This document shows positions 10,959-21,183 of a stretch of 64,000 bases of DNA, in pieces. This DNA comes from a virus (Duplodnaviria > Caudoviricetes), in the IMG/VR virus record IMGVR_UViG_3300014208_000039, positions 10,827-74,826 of that record; one strand, given 5' to 3'. Within the stretch, counting starts at the first letter, position 1. Every line of letters begins with the position of its first letter. The notes beneath the pieces were generated by a model. That model was not told the DNA's origin. It did not search any database and worked only from the letters and a program-made list of their open reading frames with translations. Position numbers and translations under genes: made by a program.

Positions 10959-13900
10959 ATGGACGTATCACAAAAAATACTTTCAGATTTAACGGTGTAT
11001 ATGAAATATGCAAAGTATATTCCAGAACTGAACAGGAGAGAAACATGGGACGAAATCGTAACCCGAAACATGAAAATGCATATTAAGAAGTACCCACATA
11101 TTGAGAATGAAATCAGAGAGGTATATAAGATGGTGTATGATAAAAAAATCCTACCATCAATGAGATCTATGCAATTTGGTGGAAAATCAATTGAAATTAG
11201 TCCAAATAGGATTTATAATTGTGCTTACCAACCAATCGATCATATTGACGCATTTGGGGAAACTATGTTTCTTCTTCTAGGTGGAACTGGCGTTGGATAT
11301 TCTGTACAAAAACATCATGTGGAAAAATTACCAGAAATAAGAAAACCTAGTTCAGCAAGGAATAGACGTTATCTTGTTAGTGATAATATCGAAGGATGGG
11401 CGGATGCTATTAAAGTTTTAATGAAATCTTATTTTGGATATTCATCATCAACACCTATTTTTGATTTATCAGATATTAGACCAAAAGGTGCATTATTGGT
11501 AACTTCAGGTGGTAAAGCACCTGGACCTCAACCGTTGAAGGATTGTATTCATCATATTGTAAAACTTTTGGAAACTAAACAAGACGGGGAAAAACTCGAA
11601 CCAATTGAAGTTCACGATATTATATGTTTTATTGCTGACGCAGTTTTAGCAGGCGGCATTCGTAGAGCAGCATTAATTTCATTATTCAGCGCCGATGACA
11701 ATGAAATGATTGCATGTAAAAGTGGTCAATGGTGGGAAACAAATCCACAAAGAGGTAGAGCAAACAATTCGGCTGTCCTATTAAGACACAGAATTACCAA
11801 AGAATTCTTTATGGATATTTGGAATCGTGTTGAAGCATCAGGTGCAGGTGAACCTGGAATTTATCTTACTAACGATAAAGATTACGGAACAAACCCATGT
11901 TGTGAAATTGCTTTAAGACCAAATCAATTCTGTAACCTATGTGAAGTAAATGTTTCAGACATCGAATCACAGGAAGAATTAAATGAAAGAGTTAGAGCAG
12001 CTGCATTTGTTGGAACATTACAAGCTGGTTATACTGACTTTCATTATTTAAGGGAAGTTTGGAAAAGAACAACAGAAAAAGAAGCGTTAATAGGTGTATC
12101 TTTAACAGGTATCGGTTCAGGTAGAATTTTAAACTTCGATACCAAACAAGCTGCTAAGATTGTAAAAGAAGAAAATGCTCGTGTAGCTGAAATGATTGGT
12201 ATAAATAAATCAGCAAGAACAACAACTGTTAAGCCTAGCGGATGCAGGCCTCATGATGCGTTAACAACCACAAATGACGGTATTTATACTTTAGATGAAT
12301 TATTTAATGATCATATAGACAATAAAACTTGGTGTGATTTTAATAAGAATGTTTCAGTTATTCAAGACAATAAAATTAATAAAATTAATAAAACATTTAA
12401 TAATGGTGAAGATGAAGTGTTTGGAATTGAATTAGAGGGACAATTATTATTAGAATCGACAAAAGACCATCCTTGGTTCATTAATAAAAATTATAAAAAT
12501 AAAAAATACATTAATATTAATACGTTTGTAAAAACAAAAAATATAAAAAAAGGTGACATCGTTGATATTAAACTTGGCGTATACGACAAAGAAGAAAGTT
12601 TATCTCTTAAAAAAATCAATATGTTTAGATTTAAAATGAAACATAATACATTAAGAGAAATAACCCAGCCTGAAAAAGTTGATGAGGATTTAAGTTGGTT
12701 AATTGGTTATTTATGGGGTGATGGTTCATTATCAGAAAGTAAATATAGATTAAGTTTTGTCGATGAACATATTTTTAATTTAGAAAAAGCCCAAAGAATT
12801 ATTAAAGAAAAATTTAATTTATTTAATAATATAATAAAATGTAAGGACAGAAACGCATATTCACTATCAATTTCATCTGTCGAATTATATCATTGGTTAT
12901 CATCTAACGATATTAGAAAATATTCAAATAATGGATTAGATTATATACCGTTAATTATTAGGCGTTCTAGTTGGAAAGATATAATCGCTTTTATTGCGGG
13001 ATTTAGTGATGCTGATGGTTGTATTTCATTAAAATCAAATAAAATACATAAATCTGTAATCATATCTCAATCTGGAAATTCAGGATTTACAAGACATTTA
13101 CAGAATGTTGCTTTATCAGTTGGTATTCATTTAAACCATTCTTATAATATTAAAGGAGATTCCTTTCAAAAAGAAAAAAATATTATACTAATGTCATCCA
13201 CGCATTTCAGTTTAAAAAAATCAATGGATGTTTTTGATAAAAATTCTGAAAAGTCAAAAAGAAAATATCCTGATCTAGAATTTGGTCATAATGAAAATGG
13301 TAAACCGAATCAAATTTTAGGTAAAGTAAAAAATGTTAAATTTTTAAGAAATGATAATACTTATGATATTGAAATTGATAATGAACACTGGTATTATGCG
13401 GGAGCAATAAAATCTCATAATACCGCATCATTAGTTTTAGGAACAGCAAGTGGTATTCACGCTTGGCATAACGATTATTATATTCGTAGAGTAAGGGTAG
13501 GTAAAAATGAATCAATTTACACATATTTGTCAATTTATCATCCTGAACTTTTAGAAGACGATTTTTTCAGACCACATGACACTGCTATTATTTCTGTTCC
13601 ACAGAAAGCACCTGAAGGCTCAATTTTAAGAACTGAAAGTCCGTTACATTTATTGGAACGTATTAAATATATTTCACAAAATTGGATTAAACCTGGTCAT
13701 TCAAGTGGAGCAAATACACACAATGTATCAGCAACAGTAAGTTTAAGGCCCGAAGAATGGGATACTGTCGGTGAATGGATGTGGGAAAACAGAAATTTCT
13801 ACAATGGATTATCCGTTTTACCCTATGATACGGGGTCTTATAAGCAACCTCCTTTTTCTGACTGTACGGAAGAAGAGTTTAACGAATTAAGTTTAAAGTT

Positions 13901-13997
13901 GCATAATATCGATTTATCAAAAGTTATTGAAATGAATGATAATACCGATTTAAGAGGTGAATTAGCGTGCAGCGGAAATAATTGTCAGATTACATAA
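10959..13997 (+). CDS. nrdJ: Class II (AdoCbl-dependent) ribonucleoside-triphosphate reductase, intein-containing
   Basis: PSMRSMQFGG, YNC, TNPCCEI, FCNLCEVN, KPSG/TASL split by the intein, C-terminal CSGNNC thiol pair. Confidence 0.9.
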   Translation: MDVSQKILSDLTVYMKYAKYIPELNRRETWDEIVTRNMKMHIKKYPHIENEIREVYKMVYDKKILPSMRSMQFGGKSIEISPNRIYNCAYQPIDHIDAFGETMFLLLGGTGVGYSVQKHHVEKLPEIRKPSSARNRRYLVSDNIEGWADAIKVLMKSYFGYSSSTPIFDLSDIRPKGALLVTSGGKAPGPQPLKDCIHHIVKLLETKQDGEKLEPIEVHDIICFIADAVLAGGIRRAALISLFSADDNEMIACKSGQWWETNPQRGRANNSAVLLRHRITKEFFMDIWNRVEASGAGEPGIYLTNDKDYGTNPCCEIALRPNQFCNLCEVNVSDIESQEELNERVRAAAFVGTLQAGYTDFHYLREVWKRTTEKEALIGVSLTGIGSGRILNFDTKQAAKIVKEENARVAEMIGINKSARTTTVKPSGCRPHDALTTTNDGIYTLDELFNDHIDNKTWCDFNKNVSVIQDNKINKINKTFNNGEDEVFGIELEGQLLLESTKDHPWFINKNYKNKKYININTFVKTKNIKKGDIVDIKLGVYDKEESLSLKKINMFRFKMKHNTLREITQPEKVDEDLSWLIGYLWGDGSLSESKYRLSFVDEHIFNLEKAQRIIKEKFNLFNNIIKCKDRNAYSLSISSVELYHWLSSNDIRKYSNNGLDYIPLIIRRSSWKDIIAFIAGFSDADGCISLKSNKIHKSVIISQSGNSGFTRHLQNVALSVGIHLNHSYNIKGDSFQKEKNIILMSSTHFSLKKSMDVFDKNSEKSKRKYPDLEFGHNENGKPNQILGKVKNVKFLRNDNTYDIEIDNEHWYYAGAIKSHNTASLVLGTASGIHAWHNDYYIRRVRVGKNESIYTYLSIYHPELLEDDFFRPHDTAIISVPQKAPEGSILRTESPLHLLERIKYISQNWIKPGHSSGANTHNVSATVSLRPEEWDTVGEWMWENRNFYNGLSVLPYDTGSYKQPPFSDCTEEEFNELSLKLHNIDLSKVIEMNDNTDLRGELACSGNNCQIT
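12243..13421 (+). mobile_element. 393-aa intein with LAGLIDADG homing endonuclease, inserted in NrdJ at KPSG|T
   Basis: Starts Cys (CRPHDALTTT), block B LESTKDHPW, motifs LIGYLWGDGSL and FIAGFSDADGCI, block F TYDIEIDNEHWY, ends SHN; +1 is Thr. Removal restores VKPSGTASLVLG. Confidence 0.92.
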
Positions 13998-14176
13998 CAA
14001 TTAAAAATGGGTATATTAAATATAAATGTGGTGGATATACAGATGTTTTTGGAACACATTTAAGAGAAAACAACCCAAATGAAATTTATAACGGAAATGT
14101 TGATGGATTTAAGTTTGGTATGAATGAAAAATATAGAAGTTAGTTAAAAATTCGTGATTCACGAATCTGGATGCCT

Positions 14177-14228
14177 ATCCGGACAATAATCAGGACATTG
14201 AGTCTCAATTATTGTCCGGATTTTTTTA
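14177..14228 (+). terminator. 14-bp inverted repeat plus T-run, terminator
   Basis: ATCCGGACAATAAT (14177-14190) / ATTATTGTCCGGAT (14208-14221), followed by a T-run. Confidence 0.65.
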
Positions 14229-14257
14229 TTTAATAGAATATTTATAGTAAACCTTTT

Positions 14258-15106
14258 ATGAAAATCAATAAATCCTTAAATGAACAAATAGATAGAATAA
14301 AATCTATGATGGTTATCATTACCGAAAAAGTTTTTGATACTGATTATTATGATTCATCAATAACAAGTCGTCCAAATCCTAAATATAATTACGATGATAG
14401 GGATGTGGAACCTGAATATTTTGATGAATATGATGATGAAGAAGAAGATATTTTTGACGTTGTAGATGATGATGAAGAAGAAGATGATTATGACGCTGAA
14501 ATGAGTATGTTTCGAGATTTAAATTATGGAGCAAAAAATGACGAACCAGATTTAAGAACTGACTATGAAAAAGAATTAGAAAATAGAGTTGGTAAAAATG
14601 TTGAAAAAAACAAATATCTTAATATGGGTAAAAATTTTAATGACATTGAAATTGAACCTGAAGATAACAATAAGTCAGAAAAAAATAATTTAAGGAAAAA
14701 ATATAATTTGAAATTATTAGATTTTTTTGTTTCATCTGAAAGGGCGACAATATATAGGTATATTATTAATGGAAATGAAAAACTAATTAAAAAAATTAAA
14801 CCCGAATCTTTAGAAGTTATAAAAAAATTTGTTCCATTTTTTGATAAAGAAAAAAACACAGATAATAACCCAATCGACTCAATAAAGAGGTTAGACATAG
14901 AAAATGAATATCAATTAGAATTATTATATTTCATATTGTTAAACCAAAAATATAGAGAACCCATGTTACATCCTAACCAAAGACACATTTTAAAATTATT
15001 TAAACTTGCAACAAATATAAGTACAGGACAAACTGGGTTTAGAAAATCAACCCACCCAACTTTTGAACAGTTTAAAATGGTACTTAAAGCTCATCGTTTA
15101 ATTTAA
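14258..15106 (+). CDS. Hypothetical acidic protein with N-terminal LNEQIDRIKSMM motif
   Basis: 282-aa ORF preceded by TATTTATA (14239-14246); D/E-rich tract. Confidence 0.6.
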   Translation: MKINKSLNEQIDRIKSMMVIITEKVFDTDYYDSSITSRPNPKYNYDDRDVEPEYFDEYDDEEEDIFDVVDDDEEEDDYDAEMSMFRDLNYGAKNDEPDLRTDYEKELENRVGKNVEKNKYLNMGKNFNDIEIEPEDNNKSEKNNLRKKYNLKLLDFFVSSERATIYRYIINGNEKLIKKIKPESLEVIKKFVPFFDKEKNTDNNPIDSIKRLDIENEYQLELLYFILLNQKYREPMLHPNQRHILKLFKLATNISTGQTGFRKSTHPTFEQFKMVLKAHRLI

Positions 15107-15138
15107 AAAAAAATCTGGTTTAAAGCCAGATTTTTTTT
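15107..15138. terminator. Bidirectional-type terminator hairpin
   Basis: A-run-TCTGG tttaaag CCAGA-T-run. Confidence 0.6.
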
Positions 15139-15154
15139 CTATATATTTATAGTT

Positions 15155-15604
15155 ATGGCAACATACGGTATAGATTTCCCATTTAGGGATAGTTTAAAAG
15201 GAGACTTCCTTAATATGACTCAAACACCTGAAAGAGAGGTTCGAGCCGACTTAATACATTTACTTTTAACAAGAAAAGGAACAAGATATTTTTTACCCGA
15301 TTTTGGTACAAGATTATATGAATATATTTTTGAACAAAATGATTCAGTTAGTTTTAGTTTAATTGAAGAAGAAATCAGGGAAAGTATAAGAAAATACATT
15401 CCAAACTTGGATATAAACAGTATTGAAGTAATGTCAGCGGAAGACGATCCAGATGAGTCACAAAGTTTTTCACAGGATGAAGACGAAAGATTATTTAGGG
15501 TATCAGACGCTTCAACTAAACCATACACAGCTAAAGTAAAAATCGACTATACTGTTAATAACGGAGCATTTTCGTCTTCGGATTTTATAATAATAAACAT
15601 TTAA
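15155..15604 (+). CDS. Baseplate wedge protein, gp25/GPW-like
   Basis: LIHLLLTRKGTRYFLPDFGTRLYEYIFE...IRKYIP is the gp25-family signature. Confidence 0.85.
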   Translation: MATYGIDFPFRDSLKGDFLNMTQTPEREVRADLIHLLLTRKGTRYFLPDFGTRLYEYIFEQNDSVSFSLIEEEIRESIRKYIPNLDINSIEVMSAEDDPDESQSFSQDEDERLFRVSDASTKPYTAKVKIDYTVNNGAFSSSDFIIINI

Positions 15605-15605
15605 T

Positions 15606-17438
15606 ATGAGTAAGAGAATTAGTTATTCGGTTAGAGATTTTGCGGGGTTAAGACAAGAACTTGTCAATATGACAAAGGAATATTATCCCGATTTGGTTAA
15701 AAATACCAATGATGCTTCAATATTTTCAGTATTATTAGACCTAAACGCTGCGGTTTCTGATAACTTACACTTTCATATTGATAGGGTTTGGCAAGAAACT
15801 ATGTTAGACTTTGCACAACAAAGACAATCATTGTTTCACATTGCAAAAACATATGGATTACGAATTCCTGGGTTAAGACCGTCAGTTGCGTTATGTGATT
15901 TTTCAATAAATGTGCCTGTTAGGGGGGATAAAGACGATATGCGTTATGAAGGTATTCTAAAAGCGGGGGGTCAAATATCGGGCGGAGGGCAAACTTTTGA
16001 AACAATGGAAGATATTGACTTTGCCAATCCATTTAACAGTAAAGGCGAACCAAATAGATTGAAAATACCTAATTTTGATGTTAATAACAGGTTAATTTCA
16101 TACACTATAACCAAAAGGGAAGCTGTAGTCAATGGTGTAACAAGAATTTACAGAAGGTCTATCAACGAACTTGACCAGAAACCTTTTTTAAAAATTTATC
16201 TTCCTGAACAAAATGTGTTAGGTGTCACATCTATCATTCATAAAGACGGAACATCGTTTGGATCGAACCCAACATCATCAGAATTCACTTCAACAACGAA
16301 TAAATGGTATGAAGTTAAGTCATTGATACAAGATAAAGTATTCGTTCCTGATCCAACTAAAATTTCCGATAAAGAAAATTTTAAGCCAGGTACATATCTT
16401 GATGTGAACAATAAATTTATCACGGAGTACACTCCAGAAAATTACTTTTTAATTACTTTTGGATCAGGAACCGTTAATCCAATGGAAAATGTGGATAATT
16501 ATATTACTGATAAATTAAAAGTAAATTTAGCATCTTATCTAAATAATATGTCCCTAGGTGCAATACCTAAAGCCAACACAACTTTGTTCATAAAATATAG
16601 AATTGGTGGTGGAAAATCTTCTAATTTAGGTGTAAATGTTATTAATAGTGTCGACAATATCGAGTTAAATATAATGGGGCCGGTGCAAAATGTTAATTCT
16701 CAGGTGGTAAACTCAATTAGGGTATCAAATGTGACACCCGCTATAGGCGGAGCTGATCAACCTTCAATTGATGATATTCGGGCAATGATTGGATACAATT
16801 TTGCTGCACAAAATAGAGCGGTTACGTTGAACGATTATAAATCCCTTATTGAAAATATGCCATCACAATTCGGAGCGCCAGCTAAAGTAAATGTAATGGA
16901 AGAAGATAATAAAATTAAAGTAAAAATGTTATCTTACGACGAAAATGGTAATTTAACTACGGTTGTGTCAAACATTCTAAAAAACAATATTGTTGATTAT
17001 TTATCAGAGTATCGTATGATAAATGACTATTTGGATATTGCCAGTGGTGAAGTTATTGATTTAGGATTTGAAATTGATATAGTTTCAAATAGAAATGAAA
17101 ACGACACAGAAATTATTAAAACTACAATTGACACAGTTATTAATTTAATGTCAATTAATAAAAGAAAAATGGGTGATCCATTATTTATTGGCGATATGTA
17201 TAGAGAAATTGGTAATATTCCAGGAGTTGTGAACGTAGTGGATATTCGTGTGTTTAATAAAATTGGTGGAGAATATTCAACAAATGAATCGGCTCAGTCA
17301 TATAGTAATGAAGAAACTAGACAGATTTTAGATCAAGATAAAATCATTTATATGAAGTCTAATCAGATATTCCAAGTTAGATTTCCTAATAAAGATATAA
17401 AGGTAAGGATAAAAAATTTGACTTCGACTACATTTTAA
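15606..17438 (+). CDS. Baseplate wedge protein, gp6/baseplate J-like
   Basis: RDFAGLRQEL, AQQRQSLFHIAKTYG, YRIGGGKSSN, QNRAVTLNDY motifs; follows gp25. Confidence 0.8.
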   Translation: MSKRISYSVRDFAGLRQELVNMTKEYYPDLVKNTNDASIFSVLLDLNAAVSDNLHFHIDRVWQETMLDFAQQRQSLFHIAKTYGLRIPGLRPSVALCDFSINVPVRGDKDDMRYEGILKAGGQISGGGQTFETMEDIDFANPFNSKGEPNRLKIPNFDVNNRLISYTITKREAVVNGVTRIYRRSINELDQKPFLKIYLPEQNVLGVTSIIHKDGTSFGSNPTSSEFTSTTNKWYEVKSLIQDKVFVPDPTKISDKENFKPGTYLDVNNKFITEYTPENYFLITFGSGTVNPMENVDNYITDKLKVNLASYLNNMSLGAIPKANTTLFIKYRIGGGKSSNLGVNVINSVDNIELNIMGPVQNVNSQVVNSIRVSNVTPAIGGADQPSIDDIRAMIGYNFAAQNRAVTLNDYKSLIENMPSQFGAPAKVNVMEEDNKIKVKMLSYDENGNLTTVVSNILKNNIVDYLSEYRMINDYLDIASGEVIDLGFEIDIVSNRNENDTEIIKTTIDTVINLMSINKRKMGDPLFIGDMYREIGNIPGVVNVVDIRVFNKIGGEYSTNESAQSYSNEETRQILDQDKIIYMKSNQIFQVRFPNKDIKVRIKNLTSTTF

Positions 17439-17493
17439 ATAATTTTTTGCATATTTTTAAATGAAAATAGGTTAGATTCTATTTATATATAAT

Positions 17494-20400
17494 ATGCAAA
17501 AACACAGAATTTCGACCGATATAGGTAGGGATCAATTCGTAAAAGTTGAATTAAATCAAGATTTTGAATTGTTAGAAATACTATCGCTGAAGTTCACACA
17601 AAAAGAAGCTTACGCTTCATATTGTAGTGACTATGGGGTAGTTTGCGGAAGAATCAGTATAAATAACGGTTTAGGTGTTCCAAACGCTAAAGTGTCAATT
17701 TTTATTCCGTTGGATGATGTAGATTCAATTGATCCTCTAATTTCGACATTATACCCCTATACTTCCGTTACTGACCGTGACGAAAATGGATATCGATATA
17801 ATTTATTACCAAATAGAAAACAACATGGGGGACATGAGCCAACAGGGACGTTTCCTGACCAATCTGATATTCTAACAAGGGAAGAAGTGTTAGAAATTTA
17901 TGAGAAATATTATAAATTTACTGCAAAAACCAACAATTCTGGTGACTTTATGATTTGGGGTGTACCATTGGGTACACAAACCATACATGTTGACGTTGAT
18001 TTATCAGATATGGGTTGTTTTTCATTAAGACCCTATGATTTTTTAAGATTAGGTTATGGTGAAGATCAATTTAAAAGCTCATTTTCATTTAAAGCGTCGG
18101 AAGATATCGATTCATTACCACAAATTGTTAGGTTTGACAAAACAATTGAAGTTTATCCATTATGGGGTAATGAAAGTATTTGTGAAATAGGTTTAACTAG
18201 AACCGATTTTGATTTATCTAGCATTGGTGTTAAATTAGAGCCAAAGGCTTACCTTATCGGCGGGGTTTATACTGACACAAATAAAAATTCAATCAATAAG
18301 AACTGTCAGGTAAGACGTAAAATGGGTCGTAAATGTGATTTAACGACCAAATCAGGAAAGATTGAAGCAATTAGGTTCACTCATAGGAAAGACGAAAATA
18401 AACGTCCCATACTTGAAAATTATACAATAAATGAAGATATACCAGAGGACGGAGGATTTGTTTTTCCTATTCCAATGAACACAGAGTTTCTTTATACAAA
18501 TGAATTTGGGGAAAATGAAATAACAAACGACCCGAACAAGGGTGTTCCAACCGCATCATGTTATCGATTCAGATTTACGTTAGACGATAGTGGAAATGAT
18601 AGGAGTAGAAAAACGGCATCTTATCTTGTACCTAATATAAGGGAACATCAAACATCTGAAGATGAGGTTGAAAAATCATATACCTTTTCAACTAATTGGA
18701 CAGATTACCCAACCGCATCCATCGATCTAAATAATGTTAATATTGATAAATTAGGTATATTATATAATGTTGATGGACAATATATTCCCCAAGATTATTT
18801 TTATAGATTAACATATAATAAAGTTTATACTGTATCTTCATTTCATAGTATGTATTATCATAAATCTGATTTTACAAATGATAGGTATGTTGGTATGAAA
18901 GAACTCGTACCGACTGAAGAAGAAGATTGTTCCGACAATGTAACACCCCCAGTTAATTATGGGACAAAAAATAAAACTTTTCAATTATTAATTGTTGAAG
19001 TTGTTTTGTTTATGGAACAGTTATTTAATATGGTTACATTACTGTTCTTTAATACTTTAGCAAAAATATTTCATGCTTTTGCCAACGCGGTTAATTTTTG
19101 GCCAATTAGAAGATTATCGAGACTCATTAGAAAGTTTGCTTATAGATTTCAAAATTCAACTCAAAAACAATTATTTTTAATTAACTATCCTGAATGTGAT
19201 GAATGTAATGGGGATAATGAATATGGTATAGGTGTAAGTGATCCCGATTTAGGGTTTTGTGAGGTTGGAACTATCATTATAACTGGATCAACTGACGAAA
19301 CTGCAAGACAATTACGTATTGATGGTTTTAATAGTTCACCTATAACTTCAGATTGTACAGGCGCAACGCCAATTTTAAATATGGCGGATTTTGTTGCAAG
19401 ACAAACATCATATATATTAACCGTAGAATCAATTGGTGTATCATTAACTGGAAGTCCAATAACATATAACACCGACATTTCAGGATACGTTTTTAATGAT
19501 ATTGAACAAATCTTTCCTGACTCAGCCGAATATTTAGTAAAAATTAGGGATAAAAATGTCATATCAAATTCAATTCCAACGGGTACAACACTTGAAGACG
19601 GATGTGGCTTATATGATGTTCCATATGACGAAAAATTGGTCAATGTATATTATACATGTAACACAGGTAATCGATGTCCAACCAGCGTGTATACACCTGG
19701 TATGGATGTGGTAGCTTCTAATTTATCTGATACGTCAGATTATCGATTACCTTCAAGCTATGATGGGGATGTTTATCAGCCGCTTACACCGTCAGGATAT
19801 GTTGAGTTTTCAAATGGTATTTTTAATATAATTCCTGGTCCGTTAAGTAACGGAAGATTAATAAGAATTTTGGTTGAATACAGACGTAGAAAACGTGTAG
19901 GAAAATTATTTTGTGGAGGGATTGTGAATTATTCGTTCATTGATAATTGGTTATCAGGGTCATTATATTTTATTTTATTTAAAGGTAAAAAGGGTAAATA
20001 TTGTTCCGATATAATTCGATATTCATCATCACAAGAAAAATATTATTACAGGTCATCAATTTATTCAGATAATACATTTGGAACTGTGGATTGGGCGGGT
20101 GAAGTTGGAAATCCTACGAGATATTTAGGTAGACCAACTACAATAGTTGATTTAGGCCCAAGAGATGAATTTATTAAGGAAATATGTACAGACCCAAGTT
20201 TAGACCCTAATTCTTCAGTTGCTAGGTCTATTGGATCGACATCGTTTCAATCTTTCGGAGAATTATTAGGTTTAGCTATAAATTATAGAATGGATGTAAG
20301 TAAAAGTGATTATGATATAAATCAATTTTTCGGAAATAATGGATTTAATTTACCAAATCAAAAAATTTTAGCCGGTGATATATTACAATTAATATCTATT

Positions 20401-21183
20401 AATAATGAAGTAGGAATTGAAGAATTTGATCTACAGAATGTAAAATATATTGGATATTCTTACCAATATCTTGACCCTGATAATCCAATAACTAAAACGG
20501 TTTTTGTTGATTATAATGGAAATTATGGACCACTACCAATAACATTTTATTTGGACGAGGATGGTGAAAGAATAAGGGCATCTTTGAACGAACCTGGAAG
20601 GCTTAATGAGTCATCACAAAGGGTTCCATTTTTTTTATGGGATAAGAAAGGAACTGGATTTGGTGAATATACGACTGATACATTTGACGATCAATCATGG
20701 TCATATTCTGTTCCACAAGTTCAACCATTACAGGGAATGACATACCATTATTTATATAATAACAATGATAAATATCTTTTATTACCAATAACATATAATT
20801 TTAATGGATTAACTATACCAACGACAGGTAATACAACTAATGATGTTGATTTTGATATAATTGATTCAGGAATTGGAACTCATTTTCTATATGATAACAA
20901 ATATCCCGGATTCACAGTCTTAGAAGTCACTAGTGGAACAACAGAAAATCCAATGGCAGGTAGGTTATATACTCGTGTTGGCGATGTGACAGGTTGGGTT
21001 CAAACAAGTTGGACATATTTAAATGATTTTGTAATTAGACCAACTCAAGATTATTATTACGGAAATAGACAAATATTGTCAACGCCATTTATGTTTTATT
21101 TTGGTTTAAAATCGGGAAAAACTGGGTTAGATAAATTTATAAAACATTTTGGAGATAAAAACGACTTCACAACTATTGAATAA
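17494..21183 (+). CDS. Large putative baseplate/virion structural protein
   Basis: 1229-aa ORF after TATTTATA (17480-17487); N-terminal GVPNAKVSIF transthyretin/carboxypeptidase-regulatory-like beta segment; located in the baseplate cluster. Confidence 0.5.
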   Translation: MQKHRISTDIGRDQFVKVELNQDFELLEILSLKFTQKEAYASYCSDYGVVCGRISINNGLGVPNAKVSIFIPLDDVDSIDPLISTLYPYTSVTDRDENGYRYNLLPNRKQHGGHEPTGTFPDQSDILTREEVLEIYEKYYKFTAKTNNSGDFMIWGVPLGTQTIHVDVDLSDMGCFSLRPYDFLRLGYGEDQFKSSFSFKASEDIDSLPQIVRFDKTIEVYPLWGNESICEIGLTRTDFDLSSIGVKLEPKAYLIGGVYTDTNKNSINKNCQVRRKMGRKCDLTTKSGKIEAIRFTHRKDENKRPILENYTINEDIPEDGGFVFPIPMNTEFLYTNEFGENEITNDPNKGVPTASCYRFRFTLDDSGNDRSRKTASYLVPNIREHQTSEDEVEKSYTFSTNWTDYPTASIDLNNVNIDKLGILYNVDGQYIPQDYFYRLTYNKVYTVSSFHSMYYHKSDFTNDRYVGMKELVPTEEEDCSDNVTPPVNYGTKNKTFQLLIVEVVLFMEQLFNMVTLLFFNTLAKIFHAFANAVNFWPIRRLSRLIRKFAYRFQNSTQKQLFLINYPECDECNGDNEYGIGVSDPDLGFCEVGTIIITGSTDETARQLRIDGFNSSPITSDCTGATPILNMADFVARQTSYILTVESIGVSLTGSPITYNTDISGYVFNDIEQIFPDSAEYLVKIRDKNVISNSIPTGTTLEDGCGLYDVPYDEKLVNVYYTCNTGNRCPTSVYTPGMDVVASNLSDTSDYRLPSSYDGDVYQPLTPSGYVEFSNGIFNIIPGPLSNGRLIRILVEYRRRKRVGKLFCGGIVNYSFIDNWLSGSLYFILFKGKKGKYCSDIIRYSSSQEKYYYRSSIYSDNTFGTVDWAGEVGNPTRYLGRPTTIVDLGPRDEFIKEICTDPSLDPNSSVARSIGSTSFQSFGELLGLAINYRMDVSKSDYDINQFFGNNGFNLPNQKILAGDILQLISINNEVGIEEFDLQNVKYIGYSYQYLDPDNPITKTVFVDYNGNYGPLPITFYLDEDGERIRASLNEPGRLNESSQRVPFFLWDKKGTGFGEYTTDTFDDQSWSYSVPQVQPLQGMTYHYLYNNNDKYLLLPITYNFNGLTIPTTGNTTNDVDFDIIDSGIGTHFLYDNKYPGFTVLEVTSGTTENPMAGRLYTRVGDVTGWVQTSWTYLNDFVIRPTQDYYYGNRQILSTPFMFYFGLKSGKTGLDKFIKHFGDKNDFTTIE

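Noticed and set aside
13982-14133. Short open frame after nrdJ (NGYIKYKCGGYTDVFGTHLRE...)
   Set aside because: No convincing start codon or recognisable family; at most a gene remnant.
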